A DNA stretch of 64,000 bases from Pseudomonadota bacterium. GTDB lineage: Bacteria > Myxococcota > JACRCW01 > JAFGSX01. Every line of letters starts with the position of its first letter. Within the stretch, counting starts at the first letter, position 1. Shown piece after piece: positions 10,041 to 19,433 of the stretch. A model generated the notes under the pieces. The model had not been told where the DNA came from. It saw nothing but the letters and a program-made list of their open reading frames with translations, and ran no database searches. The position numbers and the translations under genes are program-made. The stretch is from contig JBDRCO010000046.1 in the NCBI GenBank assembly GCA_043821645.1, positions 1 to 64,000 of the forward strand, in the 5' to 3' direction.

Positions 10041-11146
10041 CGCGGTTCGCGTCGACGCCGTGCGGCCATCCACGGCAGCAGCCCGGCCCATCCCATCCCG
10101 CGGTAGCCGGGGAGTCCGCGGCAGTCGCAGCCCGGTGTCTCGTCGTCGGGGCCCGGACCTCCGTCGGCCTGGGTAACGGGCACCGGTCGCGCCAGTCCCC
10201 CGCCACCCTCACACTGCGCAGGATCGCGCAGACCATCCAGGCAGGCGGCGCGCAGGGTCTGGTCTATCCAGCCGCGAAAGGCGTCGCAGCGTGTGGCCAC
10301 GCCGCCCACCTCGCACACGCTGGCGTCGTAAGCACGGCTGGTCACCGCCAGCAGGCGCCGGCTCGGCCACTGCCCGTCGTCGAGCTGCAGGTAGGTCGGG
10401 CCCCCCGAGTCGCCGAGGCAGGTCACCGGCGTGGGCAGGGCATCGCCCACCTGGACCTCGGTGGCGTTGATCTCGTTCACGATGCTTCGTGCCTTGAGCT
10501 TGATGCCGTCGGCCGCGTCCACCGCCGGGCGACCGTAGCCGACGATATCGACGACGAGGTCCGGCTGCAGCGCGCCGCCCAGATCTGCCGCTGACAGCAC
10601 CGCCGTCGGCGCGTCGTCGAAGGCCTCTTGCAGCAGGCCGACGCCGATGTCGGCCAGCCTGGCCAGACCCACGGGGTAGAGCGCGAAGTTGGCGCGGTCG
10701 TAGTCGGGGTGGGCGATCAGCTGGCTGATCTGACGGAAGGGTCCTGGCGGCATGCTGCTGCTGCGGCCAAAGAACTGCACGTCGGGGGCCAGGGTGAAGA
10801 AGGTCTCGATATCCTGGCCCTGGCCGCCAAAGAAAGAGCTCTCGATCTCGGTGCAGTGGCCTGCCGTGAGCACGGCGTCGGGGGCGATGAGCACGCCGCT
10901 GCACACCATGCCCGCGCGCTCGCTGCCGCCGACGTAGCCCCGGGTGAGGATGGCCCCGGCACTGGGGAACTCCCAGGCCTCGCAGGGCTCGCCGTGGACG
11001 ATGGGGGCGGTCGCGCCAGGCACGGTGAAGGTCACGTCGGCCGGGGGTCGCACACAGCCCTGGACCAGAAACAGCAGCGCGCCACAGAGCCATGTCGAGA
11101 ACAGGTTCAACGTTGCACTCCGTGCCCTGGCCAAGCAAGGCCACAA
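10037..11146 (-). CDS. Secreted trypsin-like (S1) serine protease with a MYXO-CTERM-like tail; start uncertain
   Basis: LTAGHC, DIGV and GDSGGP triad motifs; C-terminal GCDC...hydrophobic...RRRR. Confidence 0.85.
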   Translation of the reverse strand: MWPCLARARSATLNLFSTWLCGALLFLVQGCVRPPADVTFTVPGATAPIVHGEPCEAWEFPSAGAILTRGYVGGSERAGMVCSGVLIAPDAVLTAGHCTEIESSFFGGQGQDIETFFTLAPDVQFFGRSSSMPPGPFRQISQLIAHPDYDRANFALYPVGLARLADIGVGLLQEAFDDAPTAVLSAADLGGALQPDLVVDIVGYGRPAVDAADGIKLKARSIVNEINATEVQVGDALPTPVTCLGDSGGPTYLQLDDGQWPSRRLLAVTSRAYDASVCEVGGVATRCDAFRGWIDQTLRAACLDGLRDPAQCEGGGGLARPVPVTQADGGPGPDDETPGCDCRGLPGYRGMGWAGLLPWMAARRRREPR

Positions 11147-11273
11147 CGTTGCATCGTTTTCAAGTCAGTCCCAGCCCGCATGGGATGTCATCCAAGATCG
11201 TATCGTTTCGACCACATCGTGGGGCCCCACGGGTCCCGGCGTTTTACGAGCGGTCGCAGGCGGGGCTGGGCGC

Positions 11274-12320
11274 CTACCTGGTGGCGGCGGTGCGGGCGAA
11301 TGCTGCGCGCGCGGGCGCGACCGAGGCTTGCTCGTCCGACGACACGGGAGCCTGAGTCCGGGTGAGCGCGACCAGGATGCCGGCTGCCGGCGCGTCGCTG
11401 TACTCCTCGTCGCGGTCGCGAGCCCCGTCGCCGCCGTCGATGTGTGCGGCCAGGACCCCGTCCTTGCCCCGCCATAGACCATCCAGCCAGCGCACGAAGG
11501 GTTCGCGCTGGTTCGCGTGCTCGACGTAGGCCGTGGCCAGTTCAGGCTCTGGCACGGGGAGCGCCTGCACCTGCAGCACGATCTCGGGCACCCGGCCAAA
11601 GAACAGATCCAGCAGGCTGGGGGAGCCGCCAGGGTAGTGCAGCGTGACGTCGAGCACCGCGTCGAGCTGGGAACCCAGCGCGGCAACGGCGGCAGCGGTA
11701 CCACCGGCCTTGGGCTGCAGCAGGTGCCTGTAAGGTCCACCCTGGCGCTGGTGCTTGGATGGGGTCCAGCGCGTGCCCTCGACGAAGTTGACCAGGGTCA
11801 GGGGTCTGTCGGCGAGCCGGACGCAGGCTTCGCGGGCGGTGCGCAGGTCGGCGCCGGCTTGCTCGGGGTGCCGATCCAGGAAAGCGCGCGAGTGGCGGCG
11901 CATGAAGGGGAAGCCCAGAGCCCACCAGGCCAGGCCCAGCACCGGCACCCAGATGAGCTGGCGCTTGATGAAGAAGCGCAGCAGCGGGATGCGGCGGTTG
12001 AGCACGCGCTGCAGGACCACGATGTCGACGGCAGAGCGGTGGTTGGATAGCAGCAGGTAACGGCCGTCCCGGCGCAGTCCGTCGAGGCCCGAGACCCTGA
12101 CGCGGGTGGGCTGGGTCCACTCCTGGTTCAGGTTGTTGATCGCGATCCAGGTCTCGGCGACGAAGGTCAGCCAGTCGGCGCAGAGCCTCTGCCAGCCGGC
12201 CACGGGCACCAGCCGCGCCACGACCAGCGCGGTCACGAACACCCCAGCCGCCAGGGTGTTGGCGACGAAGAAGCTGATCGAGAGCAGACCAAGAAAGGTG
12301 CTTTTTCGAACAGGGAACAT
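11274..12320 (-). CDS. PlsC-like acyltransferase (YihG type)
   Basis: NHRSAVD (HX4D), RFFIKRQLIWVPVLGLAWWALGFPFMRR, FVEGTR, HLLQPKAGG. Confidence 0.9.
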   Translation of the reverse strand: MFPVRKSTFLGLLSISFFVANTLAAGVFVTALVVARLVPVAGWQRLCADWLTFVAETWIAINNLNQEWTQPTRVRVSGLDGLRRDGRYLLLSNHRSAVDIVVLQRVLNRRIPLLRFFIKRQLIWVPVLGLAWWALGFPFMRRHSRAFLDRHPEQAGADLRTAREACVRLADRPLTLVNFVEGTRWTPSKHQRQGGPYRHLLQPKAGGTAAAVAALGSQLDAVLDVTLHYPGGSPSLLDLFFGRVPEIVLQVQALPVPEPELATAYVEHANQREPFVRWLDGLWRGKDGVLAAHIDGGDGARDRDEEYSDAPAAGILVALTRTQAPVSSDEQASVAPARAAFARTAATR

Positions 12321-12545
12321 GAACGTGCCTCGCGAGCTTGGCCCCAACATACCTGTTTGAAGGCGCTGCAGAGCATGGCCTGCGGCAAGCCCACCGACTG
12401 TCAAAGAAATGCAAAACAAGGGCTGCGGGTCCACAAGGCGCATTTTTTTGTCCAGTCGAGCAAAATGGGCCCCATGCAGATATGGTAGGACAATCGCAGA
12501 TCGCGACAACGGACGTCTGTGTCAGACGCCCGATCGGGAGGCCTC

Positions 12546-14081
12546 GTGACCACCATCAGCAAGCAAAATTTCGCCAACCAGAACGCCGGCAAGAGCATCG
12601 ATCTCGACAAGCTGTCGCGCAATGACGCGGCCAAGGCCCAGGCCGAGCAGGGCGGCCTGACCGTGGATCAGCTGCGCCGCGCCGACACCAACCGCGACGG
12701 CAAGCTCGACACCGACGAGGCCTTCAAGGTGGCCGACAACTTTGACCGCGACGGCAACGCCAACACCCTGGTGGCAGTGGACAGGGCCGGACAGGCCACG
12801 CCCGCGGGCAAGGCGGTCAATGCGCTCGGGCTGCTCATGCAGAACCGCGACGTGCAGGGCCAGGCCGGCTCCACGCCGCCGCCGCGCACTCGATCCAACG
12901 ACGACGTGCTGTTCGTGGGCATGAACCCGCCGACCCGCGAGAGCGCGGGCGCACCCTACGAGGCGCAGCAGCTGCGCAATGCGGGCGCCAACCTCTCCAG
13001 CGTGCTGCCGGGCAAGGAAGCTGACCACATCAAGGTCGGCGGCCGCGACTACGACCTGAACGACGACGGTCAGCGCCTGGGCTTCGCGCGCACCCTGGGC
13101 CTGCCCGCGGACCAGACCCAGAAGATCGCCGACGCCATCGGCGCGGGCAACAGCAACGCCAAGGACGAGCTGGCCGGCATCGCCCAGCAGTGGGCCAAGG
13201 GCGAGCGCGGCGAGCACATGCCCTCGCGCATGGTGATCTCGGGTCACAACGTGGGCTCGGGGCCCTGGGGCGACGGCAACGGCCAGCTGTCCTGGACCTC
13301 GCTCAAGGGCCTGGCCGAGGCCATGCCGCGCGCGGTGGGGCAGATCGAGGATCTCAACATCTCGGCCTGCTACTCGGGTGGCACCTCGAGCCAGCGCACC
13401 TACAAGGACATCTTTCCCAACCTGAAGACCCTGTGGGCCTACTCGGGCTCGGCGCCGGGCACGGGCTCCGGCGCGGTGCAGCACCAGGCCGCCTGGGAGC
13501 GCTCGACGCGCGGCGACGGCACCCCCGAGTCCGCAGCCGAGCGGCTCAAGGACCGCGGCATGCGCAAGGCCGAGAACATCTTCACCGCCAGCGGCGACAA
13601 CGTGGTGTACCAGGGGCCGCCCATCTCGGAGCTGCAGTCCGCGGTGCGCGACGGCGAGCCGGCCTTCACGCGCTTCTTCACGGGACAGGACGTCGTGCAG
13701 AGTTCGCAGACCGGCCCTCTGCGCGATTACTACGGCACCCTGCAGCAGCTGCTGCAGCACCCCGACCTCAGCCACTGGCAACAGGAGGACGTGGCGCACC
13801 GTCGCGACCAGACCATCCGCACCCTGTTCTACGGCAGCAACGTGGCGCCGCGCTTTGCCCAGACCTACCGCAGCGACCTGGCCGCGGGCTATCGCGCCGT
13901 GGGCATGGACGTGCCGGACTTCGCGCACCTGAGCCGCGCCGAGGGGCGCCAGGCCATCGAGGCCTACCGCGACAGGCTGCAACAGGGTGGCACCTCGAAC
14001 GCGGCCACCGAGCGCACCCTCAACCTGCTCAACGGCCTGTACAACCTGGACCCGCAGACCATCCCCGAGACCTGGATCTAG
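12546..14081 (+). CDS. Hypothetical protein with EF-hand-like loops and a possible caspase/CHAT-like domain
   Basis: GGGAGG RBS then GTG; DTNRDGKLDTDE and DRDGNANT loops; VISGH and LNISAC motifs; strongly host-like codon usage. Confidence 0.7.
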   Translation: MTTISKQNFANQNAGKSIDLDKLSRNDAAKAQAEQGGLTVDQLRRADTNRDGKLDTDEAFKVADNFDRDGNANTLVAVDRAGQATPAGKAVNALGLLMQNRDVQGQAGSTPPPRTRSNDDVLFVGMNPPTRESAGAPYEAQQLRNAGANLSSVLPGKEADHIKVGGRDYDLNDDGQRLGFARTLGLPADQTQKIADAIGAGNSNAKDELAGIAQQWAKGERGEHMPSRMVISGHNVGSGPWGDGNGQLSWTSLKGLAEAMPRAVGQIEDLNISACYSGGTSSQRTYKDIFPNLKTLWAYSGSAPGTGSGAVQHQAAWERSTRGDGTPESAAERLKDRGMRKAENIFTASGDNVVYQGPPISELQSAVRDGEPAFTRFFTGQDVVQSSQTGPLRDYYGTLQQLLQHPDLSHWQQEDVAHRRDQTIRTLFYGSNVAPRFAQTYRSDLAAGYRAVGMDVPDFAHLSRAEGRQAIEAYRDRLQQGGTSNAATERTLNLLNGLYNLDPQTIPETWI

Positions 14082-14149
14082 ACGAGCCCGCGCACGGGCA
14101 CGGTCCGGGGCCGACGGGCGACAGCGTGGCGTAGCCACGGGGAGGGGCC

Positions 14150-14743
14150 ATGTCCCGCAGCGCACGCAGCCTGTTTCTTGTCCTCGCCATGACCGGTTGC
14201 GTGACGCCGGATCCCGGCCACACGGACGCTACCGCGACCGACGCCACGGTCCTGGATGGCGGCCGGGACAGCGCTGCCGCCGAGGACGCCGCCGCGGCCC
14301 AGGTCACCGGCACCGCATGCACGGACTTTCATGACTGTGGCACGGGCTATGACTGCTACACCCTGACGCTGGACGGCTACTGCATGCCCGGCGCGCCTGG
14401 CGGGCCCACGGCCTGCCGGGAGCCCGACGTCAGCTGTCCTGCAGGGACCACCTGCTCGCCTTTGCCCATGCACGCCATCTCCGGGGTCTGCCTGCTCAGC
14501 TGTGACAGCAACAGCGACTGCCGCCCTGGCTACCAGTGCCGCATCGTCGAGCTGTTTCCTGGCGACCCGCAGACCCCCGTGAGTCCCCACAAGGTGTGCT
14601 GGACCGCCTGCGAGTTCGGCACAGATCAGATGTGCAACGACGACCCGATCATCTCGAGCCTGCACGGCACCTGTCGCCAGGACGGCACCTGCGACTGCGG
14701 CGATCGCTATGCGCTCAACCCCTTGACGGGGCGCTGCCTGTAG
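14150..14743 (+). CDS. Cys-rich lipoprotein
   Basis: Lipobox-like LAMTGC, Asp-periodic linker, repeated C..x.DC..G..C modules; GGAGG RBS. Confidence 0.75.
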   Translation: MSRSARSLFLVLAMTGCVTPDPGHTDATATDATVLDGGRDSAAAEDAAAAQVTGTACTDFHDCGTGYDCYTLTLDGYCMPGAPGGPTACREPDVSCPAGTTCSPLPMHAISGVCLLSCDSNSDCRPGYQCRIVELFPGDPQTPVSPHKVCWTACEFGTDQMCNDDPIISSLHGTCRQDGTCDCGDRYALNPLTGRCL

Positions 14744-14768
14744 TGCGTGCTGCTGCACAGGACGCAGG

Positions 14769-15293
14769 GTGAGGCCCCGCGCCCGGCACCCCGTGCCCGC
14801 GCCGTGGTGGCTGGCTGCAGGCATCCTGCTGGGCCTCGCGTGCCCACACCCGGCCCAGGCCTTCGAGAACGACGCCTGGCTCGGCGAGGACAAGGTCCTG
14901 CACGTCACGGCCAGCGCCGTGATCGCCAGCGGTGGCTACAGCGCGACCCACCTCGTCGTGGAACAGGACGGTGCCGCCCTGCTGGTCGGTGGCGCCCTGG
15001 CCCTGGGCGCGGGCGCGGCCAAGGAGGTCTACGACGTCATGCGGGGCAGCGACGCCTCGTATCGCGACCTGGCCTGGGACCTGGCGGGCACCGTGCTTGG
15101 CTTGGCCACGACGTGGTGCCTGCTCGAGCTGCTCGCCGCCCTGCACACCGCCGGGCCGTGTGTGGTGGAGCCCACTGCCGACGCAAGCCCGGGCAGGTCC
15201 CTCGACGCCGCCACACCCGCCCTGCGTGACGACGACGAAACAGCCGCCGCGACGGCCATCCCATCGTGTGCTACGGCGCCGCCCGCCAGTTGA
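14769..15293 (+). CDS. YfiM-like putative membrane/lipoprotein
   Basis: DAWLGEDKVLH...AAKEVYD...ASYRDLAWDLAG pattern. Confidence 0.7.
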   Translation: MRPRARHPVPAPWWLAAGILLGLACPHPAQAFENDAWLGEDKVLHVTASAVIASGGYSATHLVVEQDGAALLVGGALALGAGAAKEVYDVMRGSDASYRDLAWDLAGTVLGLATTWCLLELLAALHTAGPCVVEPTADASPGRSLDAATPALRDDDETAAATAIPSCATAPPAS

Positions 15294-16569
15294 ACTGCAC
15301 CATGGGCGAGGTCTGAAAGTCGACGTTGAAGCCGAACTGGAAGGTGTAGGTCTCGCCGCTGGCAAACAAGCGCGACGGTGGATTGCTGAAGGGCTGGGCG
15401 CGCTGGAAGGCGCCGACCGCCTCGCGATCCAAAAAGTCCACGCCGCAGGACTCGCTGACCACGATGCCCTGGATCGCGCCGGTGCGATTGATGGTCACCC
15501 GCAGCTGGGTGTAGCGATCCTGAAAACCGTAGATGTTCCCCGTGGGATCGCGGCGCGCGATCTCGGGACCCGGTCTCCACTCGCGGCGGATGCCGTCGGC
15601 CACGCGATTGAAGAAGGGCGCGTGCTTCCACTGCCAGGTGCTCAGGAAGGTCGCCTCGTCATCCTCGACATCGCGCAGATGGTCATTGGCCGGAGCGCCG
15701 CTCAGCCTCTCGAGGGTGCGCAGATCCGGCATCAGCGCGGCCACTCCCGGACCCTGCTGTCCGCTGCCCCCCTGCTGGCCCTCGGGGCCAGGTGCCAGTC
15801 TCTCGCCCTGTCCGCGCTGCTGCAGGGGTCCCAGGCGCAAAGCCAGGCGCTGATCCAGCCCGTTCAAGGCTTCAGAATAACTCCTGTTACGCATGGATCC
15901 TGTGCTCGGATCCGTGCGCAAGGCCAGGGCGTCTCGCTGCTCCAGGCGCGGCAGTGAAAGTTCGGCTGCGGCCCGTCCGCCGCCGTTCTGATCCGGCGCC
16001 TGGCCCCGGCCATCTGGCTGCCGGCCGGGGCCCTCGGGCCCTCCGGCTTGCTCCGCCTGGACGATCATGGGGGCCTTGTTCGGCTCCGAGGCTGAAGGCG
16101 TGTCGCGCTTTTGCGGATCCCCGACCTGGGGCCGGTGCGTCGGGTTCAAAAAATCCGGGGTCTGGTAGCGGCTGCGGGTCTCCCGCTCCACCCGGCGGTC
16201 GTACTCGGAGGCGTACCTCGCCTGATCTGGCCGCTCGCTCTTCTCGGGCGGCGGCAAGGCCACCACCTGGCCAGGAGCCTCGGGATCGTCGTGCTGGTCC
16301 TTTTTTGGCGGTGGATCCTGACGTGGCTCGGCCGCGGGCGAGGGCATCGCCTCGGACTTCAGGCTGCGATGTCGCTGCCAGTCCGAGCGCCGGATCGAGA
16401 CCAGGCGCACCGCCTCGCGCCGGGTGAAGCTGTCGTCGCCCTGGCGGAACAGGTGCAGTAGGGGGGGCAGCAGGGCCAGGTGGGCCAGCAGGGACACGGC
16501 CAGGGCCAGCAGCAGGCCGCTGCGATCCCTGGCCTTCTGCTCCCGCCTGCGCTCGCCGTGTTCGTCCAT
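15271..16569 (-). CDS. TonB-family protein (N-terminal TM, Pro-rich linker, TonB C-terminal domain)
   Basis: TM with SLLAH motif; C-terminal ESCGVDFLDREAVGAFQRAQPFSNPP. Confidence 0.85.
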   Translation of the reverse strand: MDEHGERRREQKARDRSGLLLALAVSLLAHLALLPPLLHLFRQGDDSFTRREAVRLVSIRRSDWQRHRSLKSEAMPSPAAEPRQDPPPKKDQHDDPEAPGQVVALPPPEKSERPDQARYASEYDRRVERETRSRYQTPDFLNPTHRPQVGDPQKRDTPSASEPNKAPMIVQAEQAGGPEGPGRQPDGRGQAPDQNGGGRAAAELSLPRLEQRDALALRTDPSTGSMRNRSYSEALNGLDQRLALRLGPLQQRGQGERLAPGPEGQQGGSGQQGPGVAALMPDLRTLERLSGAPANDHLRDVEDDEATFLSTWQWKHAPFFNRVADGIRREWRPGPEIARRDPTGNIYGFQDRYTQLRVTINRTGAIQGIVVSESCGVDFLDREAVGAFQRAQPFSNPPSRLFASGETYTFQFGFNVDFQTSPMVQFNWRAAP

Positions 16570-16601
16570 AGGCCACACCCCGGAAGGGAGCTCCCCTCTT
16601 A

Positions 16602-16630
16602 AGTATAGGGAGCGCACCCTGACGCTTCAA
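16602..16630 (-). promoter_or_regulatory. sigma70-type promoter for the TonB-family gene
   Basis: Minus strand TTGAAG-N17-TATACT upstream of the ATG at 16569. Confidence 0.55.
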
Positions 16631-16673
16631 GCAAGCCTCCCGGCTCCCGGTGTCCATTCTGCGCAGTCCTCAA

Positions 16674-16703
16674 TTGACATCCTGCAACCAGGATTTATAG
16701 GCT
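16674..16703 (+). promoter_or_regulatory. sigma70-type promoter for rplC
   Basis: TTGACA (16674-16679), N18, TAGGCT (16698-16703). Confidence 0.6.
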
Positions 16704-16800
16704 CCCCGTTCTTCGGGCCTGCCATGGATCGTGTGCCACATCCACAGGCCATAGGCTTGAGCACGCAAGGACCGGCTCGCTGCCGGCTTCGGAGGCTGTG

Positions 16801-17457
16801 ATGCGTTTGGGTCTGATCGGTCGAAAGCTCGGAGTGACGCGCATCTACGACGCGGAAGGTCTGGTGATCCCGGTCACCGTCGTGGAGCTGGGTCCCAACA
16901 AGGTCGTGCGCAAGCGCACGCAGGAAGCGCACGGCTACTCCGCGGTGCAGCTGGGCTTTGGGAGCAAGCGCAAGAGTCTGTTCAACAAGCCCGAGCTCGG
17001 CGCCTTCGAGAAGCTCGGCCTCGAGCCGGTGCAGGTGCTCAGGGAGCTGCGCCTTCCCGCGGACGAGCTTGGTAGCCTCGAGGTGGGTCAGGACCTGACC
17101 TGCGAGCTGTTCAGCGAGGGTCAGAAGGTCGACGTGCAGGGCGTGAGCAAGGGCAAGGGCTTCGCCGGCGTCATCAAGCGCCACCACATGGCCGGCTTCC
17201 CCATGACGCACGGTACCCACGAGTACCATCGCCACGGTGGTTCCATCGGCATGCGCGCCCAGCCGGGCCGCGTGCTGCCTGGCAAGCGCATGGCTGGCCA
17301 GATGGGCAACGAGATCGTGACCACGCAGAACGTGCTGGTGGTCAAGGTGCTCAAGGACGAGAACATCGTGATGCTGCGCGGATCGGTGCCCGGTGCCAAT
17401 CACGGCCTGGTGCGTGTCACGCCGGCGGTCAAGGTGCGCACCAAGCGCGAGCAGTAG
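16801..17457 (+). CDS. rplC: 50S ribosomal protein L3 (uL3), stand-alone
   Basis: GLIGRKLG, IPVTVV, GYSAVQLG, VDVQGVSKGKGFAGVIKRH, HRHGGSIG, PGRVLPGKRMAGQMG, GSVPG; GGAGG RBS. Confidence 0.97.
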   Translation: MRLGLIGRKLGVTRIYDAEGLVIPVTVVELGPNKVVRKRTQEAHGYSAVQLGFGSKRKSLFNKPELGAFEKLGLEPVQVLRELRLPADELGSLEVGQDLTCELFSEGQKVDVQGVSKGKGFAGVIKRHHMAGFPMTHGTHEYHRHGGSIGMRAQPGRVLPGKRMAGQMGNEIVTTQNVLVVKVLKDENIVMLRGSVPGANHGLVRVTPAVKVRTKREQ

Positions 17458-17606
17458 GCATCGCCTGAGGCGGGCCTATGGCGCCGGCCCGGCAGTGCCG
17501 CAGCCGACGCGAGGAGCGATGCCCACGCGCCAGCCAGGGGTGGTGGGGGCGCGGGACCTGAGGGGGCTGCCAGAGCACACGTCAGTCGCAGGGGAAGGAG
17601 CGGGTG

Positions 17607-18068
17607 ATGGCGGATAGTGTCGATGATCTCACTGTCGAGTGGGAGGAGGGGGGCGACAAGGTCGTCCGCGAGCTGGCCAAGGAGGTCATGAGTCGCGGGG
17701 CCTGGGCCACGGTGGTGTTCCTGTGCCAGGACCTGGATCGCAAGAAACGCCAGTACCGCGCGCCCAAGATCTCGATCCGGCGCTTCAAGAAGGTGGGCGG
17801 CCAGTACCGCTACCAGTCCAAGTTCAACATCTCGTCCGAGAACCAGGCCCTGCAGCTGGTCGAGATCATCCAGAAGTGGTTCAACGACGGTGGCGTGGGC
17901 CGCGATGCACCGGCCGAACCGCGCGAGGGTGATCTCAAGGACGCCGCAGCCAGCGAGGCCGCCCAGACGGCCGAGGTCGCGGCCAGCGTCGAGGCCACTG
18001 CCGGTGCCGGAGCGCCACAGGGTTCGGGTCCCGAGGATCTCGACGACGGTTCTGGCGAGGGCGCCTGA
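17607..18068 (+). CDS. Conserved hypothetical protein (basic beta-rich domain, possibly PC4-like, with acidic tail)
   Basis: RGAWATVVF...ISIRRFKKVGGQYRYQSKFNISS; AAGGAG RBS. Confidence 0.65.
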   Translation: MADSVDDLTVEWEEGGDKVVRELAKEVMSRGAWATVVFLCQDLDRKKRQYRAPKISIRRFKKVGGQYRYQSKFNISSENQALQLVEIIQKWFNDGGVGRDAPAEPREGDLKDAAASEAAQTAEVAASVEATAGAGAPQGSGPEDLDDGSGEGA

Positions 18069-18109
18069 GCTTTACCTGCCCGTGACGTCGGGCCCGCGCC
18101 AGGGCCTCT

Positions 18110-19429
18110 TTACTTCTTCAGCCACTTGTTGAGCAGGTTGCTGGCCTTTCCGCCCAGCGACGCGTCGAATTTGTTGGCCGACGCCGTGTCGCGCTTGCTC
18201 TTGGTCTGGCGCAGCTCGTACAGCCGCACCTCGCGCGCTGCGTCGGCGTGGGCGGGGTCGAGCTCATGGGCCTTTTTGAATTTCGAGTAGGCGGTTTTAT
18301 CGTCTCCCGCGATCTTGAGCAGCATGCCCAGAAAGTAGGCCGCGTGCACGTTGGGTGTCGCGGTGAGGATCTGGGTCAAGCTATCGCGAGCCTCCTGCTC
18401 GCGCTTTTCCATGGGCTGGGTCTCGTCAAGGTAGCCCGCCCAGGCCAGGTAGCTTGGATAGACCGGATCGCCGTGGTCCAGGTCGACGGCCATCTGGAAC
18501 ATGTGGCGGGCCTGGGGTATGTCCTTCTTTTGCAGGAACACCAGGCCCTTGCGGTATTGCACCTGGGCCTCGCCAGGCCGGCGCACCTTGCCGCCCTTCG
18601 CATCGGTCGCCTCGTCCAGGGTGCCGGAATTCAGCCGCTGCAGGTAGTCGCGGCGTCCGTCCTCGTCGAGGAGCACCTTGTAGGCTTCGCTGATCCTCGA
18701 GAAGATCGCCTCCATGCGCTCGGTGGTCCTGGCCGGGTCGGTGAAGTTGTGGCCGGCCAGACGGTCCGGGTGAAAGCGCTTGGCGAGGTCAAAGAAAGCC
18801 TTCTTGACCTCATCGGTCGTGGGCTTGCGCTCCAGGCCAAGAACATCGAAGTGGTTGGCGCGGCGCAGTCGACGGTGCGTGTCCTGGATCTCGCGCTCCA
18901 GCGCGCGGTCCTCGTCGCTGACGGGTCCGCTGGCCGCAGGGGTCACCGCCGGGGTGGCGCTGCGTGGTGCGGCACTGCGGATGGCGGGTTCGTCGCGCGT
19001 CTCCTCGTCGTCGAGGCTGGGGCGGTAGACCTGGGCCTGCAGGCGAGCGGGGGCCTTGCGCGGTGCGCTGGCCTTGCCCGTCACATGTTCGCGGGCACGC
19101 TTGAGCTCGATGGGAACCAGCGCCCGTGCCTTGTCGACATCCTTGAACTCCAGGATCTCGGCCGCGTGCAAGGCGCGCATGAAGCGCCGGGACTCCTTCA
19201 CCGTCAGGGCCCCGCAGTTCTCGGCCTCGGCGTAGTGGCGAGGAATACGCAGCAGCCGCACCAGGGCCTTCTCGTCGACAGTGAGCTCGAGCCGCCGCAG
19301 GTTTTCCTGGGTCATCTCATCTTCGGAGACCCACATGGCTCGCTTGCCCTGCTTGGCTGCCCAGGCCAGGTCGCCGGCGTCGTCGTCGGCGCTGCGGTAC
19401 TTGCTGTACACGATCTCGAATTGCGACAT
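18110..19429 (-). CDS. J-domain + TPR protein
   Basis: NHFDVLGL...VKKAFFDLAKRFHPD...FSRISEAYKVL followed by TPR-like helices. Start at MSQFEI; the track's longer N-terminus overlaps the upstream gene. Confidence 0.85.
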   Translation of the reverse strand: MSQFEIVYSKYRSADDDAGDLAWAAKQGKRAMWVSEDEMTQENLRRLELTVDEKALVRLLRIPRHYAEAENCGALTVKESRRFMRALHAAEILEFKDVDKARALVPIELKRAREHVTGKASAPRKAPARLQAQVYRPSLDDEETRDEPAIRSAAPRSATPAVTPAASGPVSDEDRALEREIQDTHRRLRRANHFDVLGLERKPTTDEVKKAFFDLAKRFHPDRLAGHNFTDPARTTERMEAIFSRISEAYKVLLDEDGRRDYLQRLNSGTLDEATDAKGGKVRRPGEAQVQYRKGLVFLQKKDIPQARHMFQMAVDLDHGDPVYPSYLAWAGYLDETQPMEKREQEARDSLTQILTATPNVHAAYFLGMLLKIAGDDKTAYSKFKKAHELDPAHADAAREVRLYELRQTKSKRDTASANKFDASLGGKASNLLNKWLKK

Positions 19430-19433
19430 GGTT

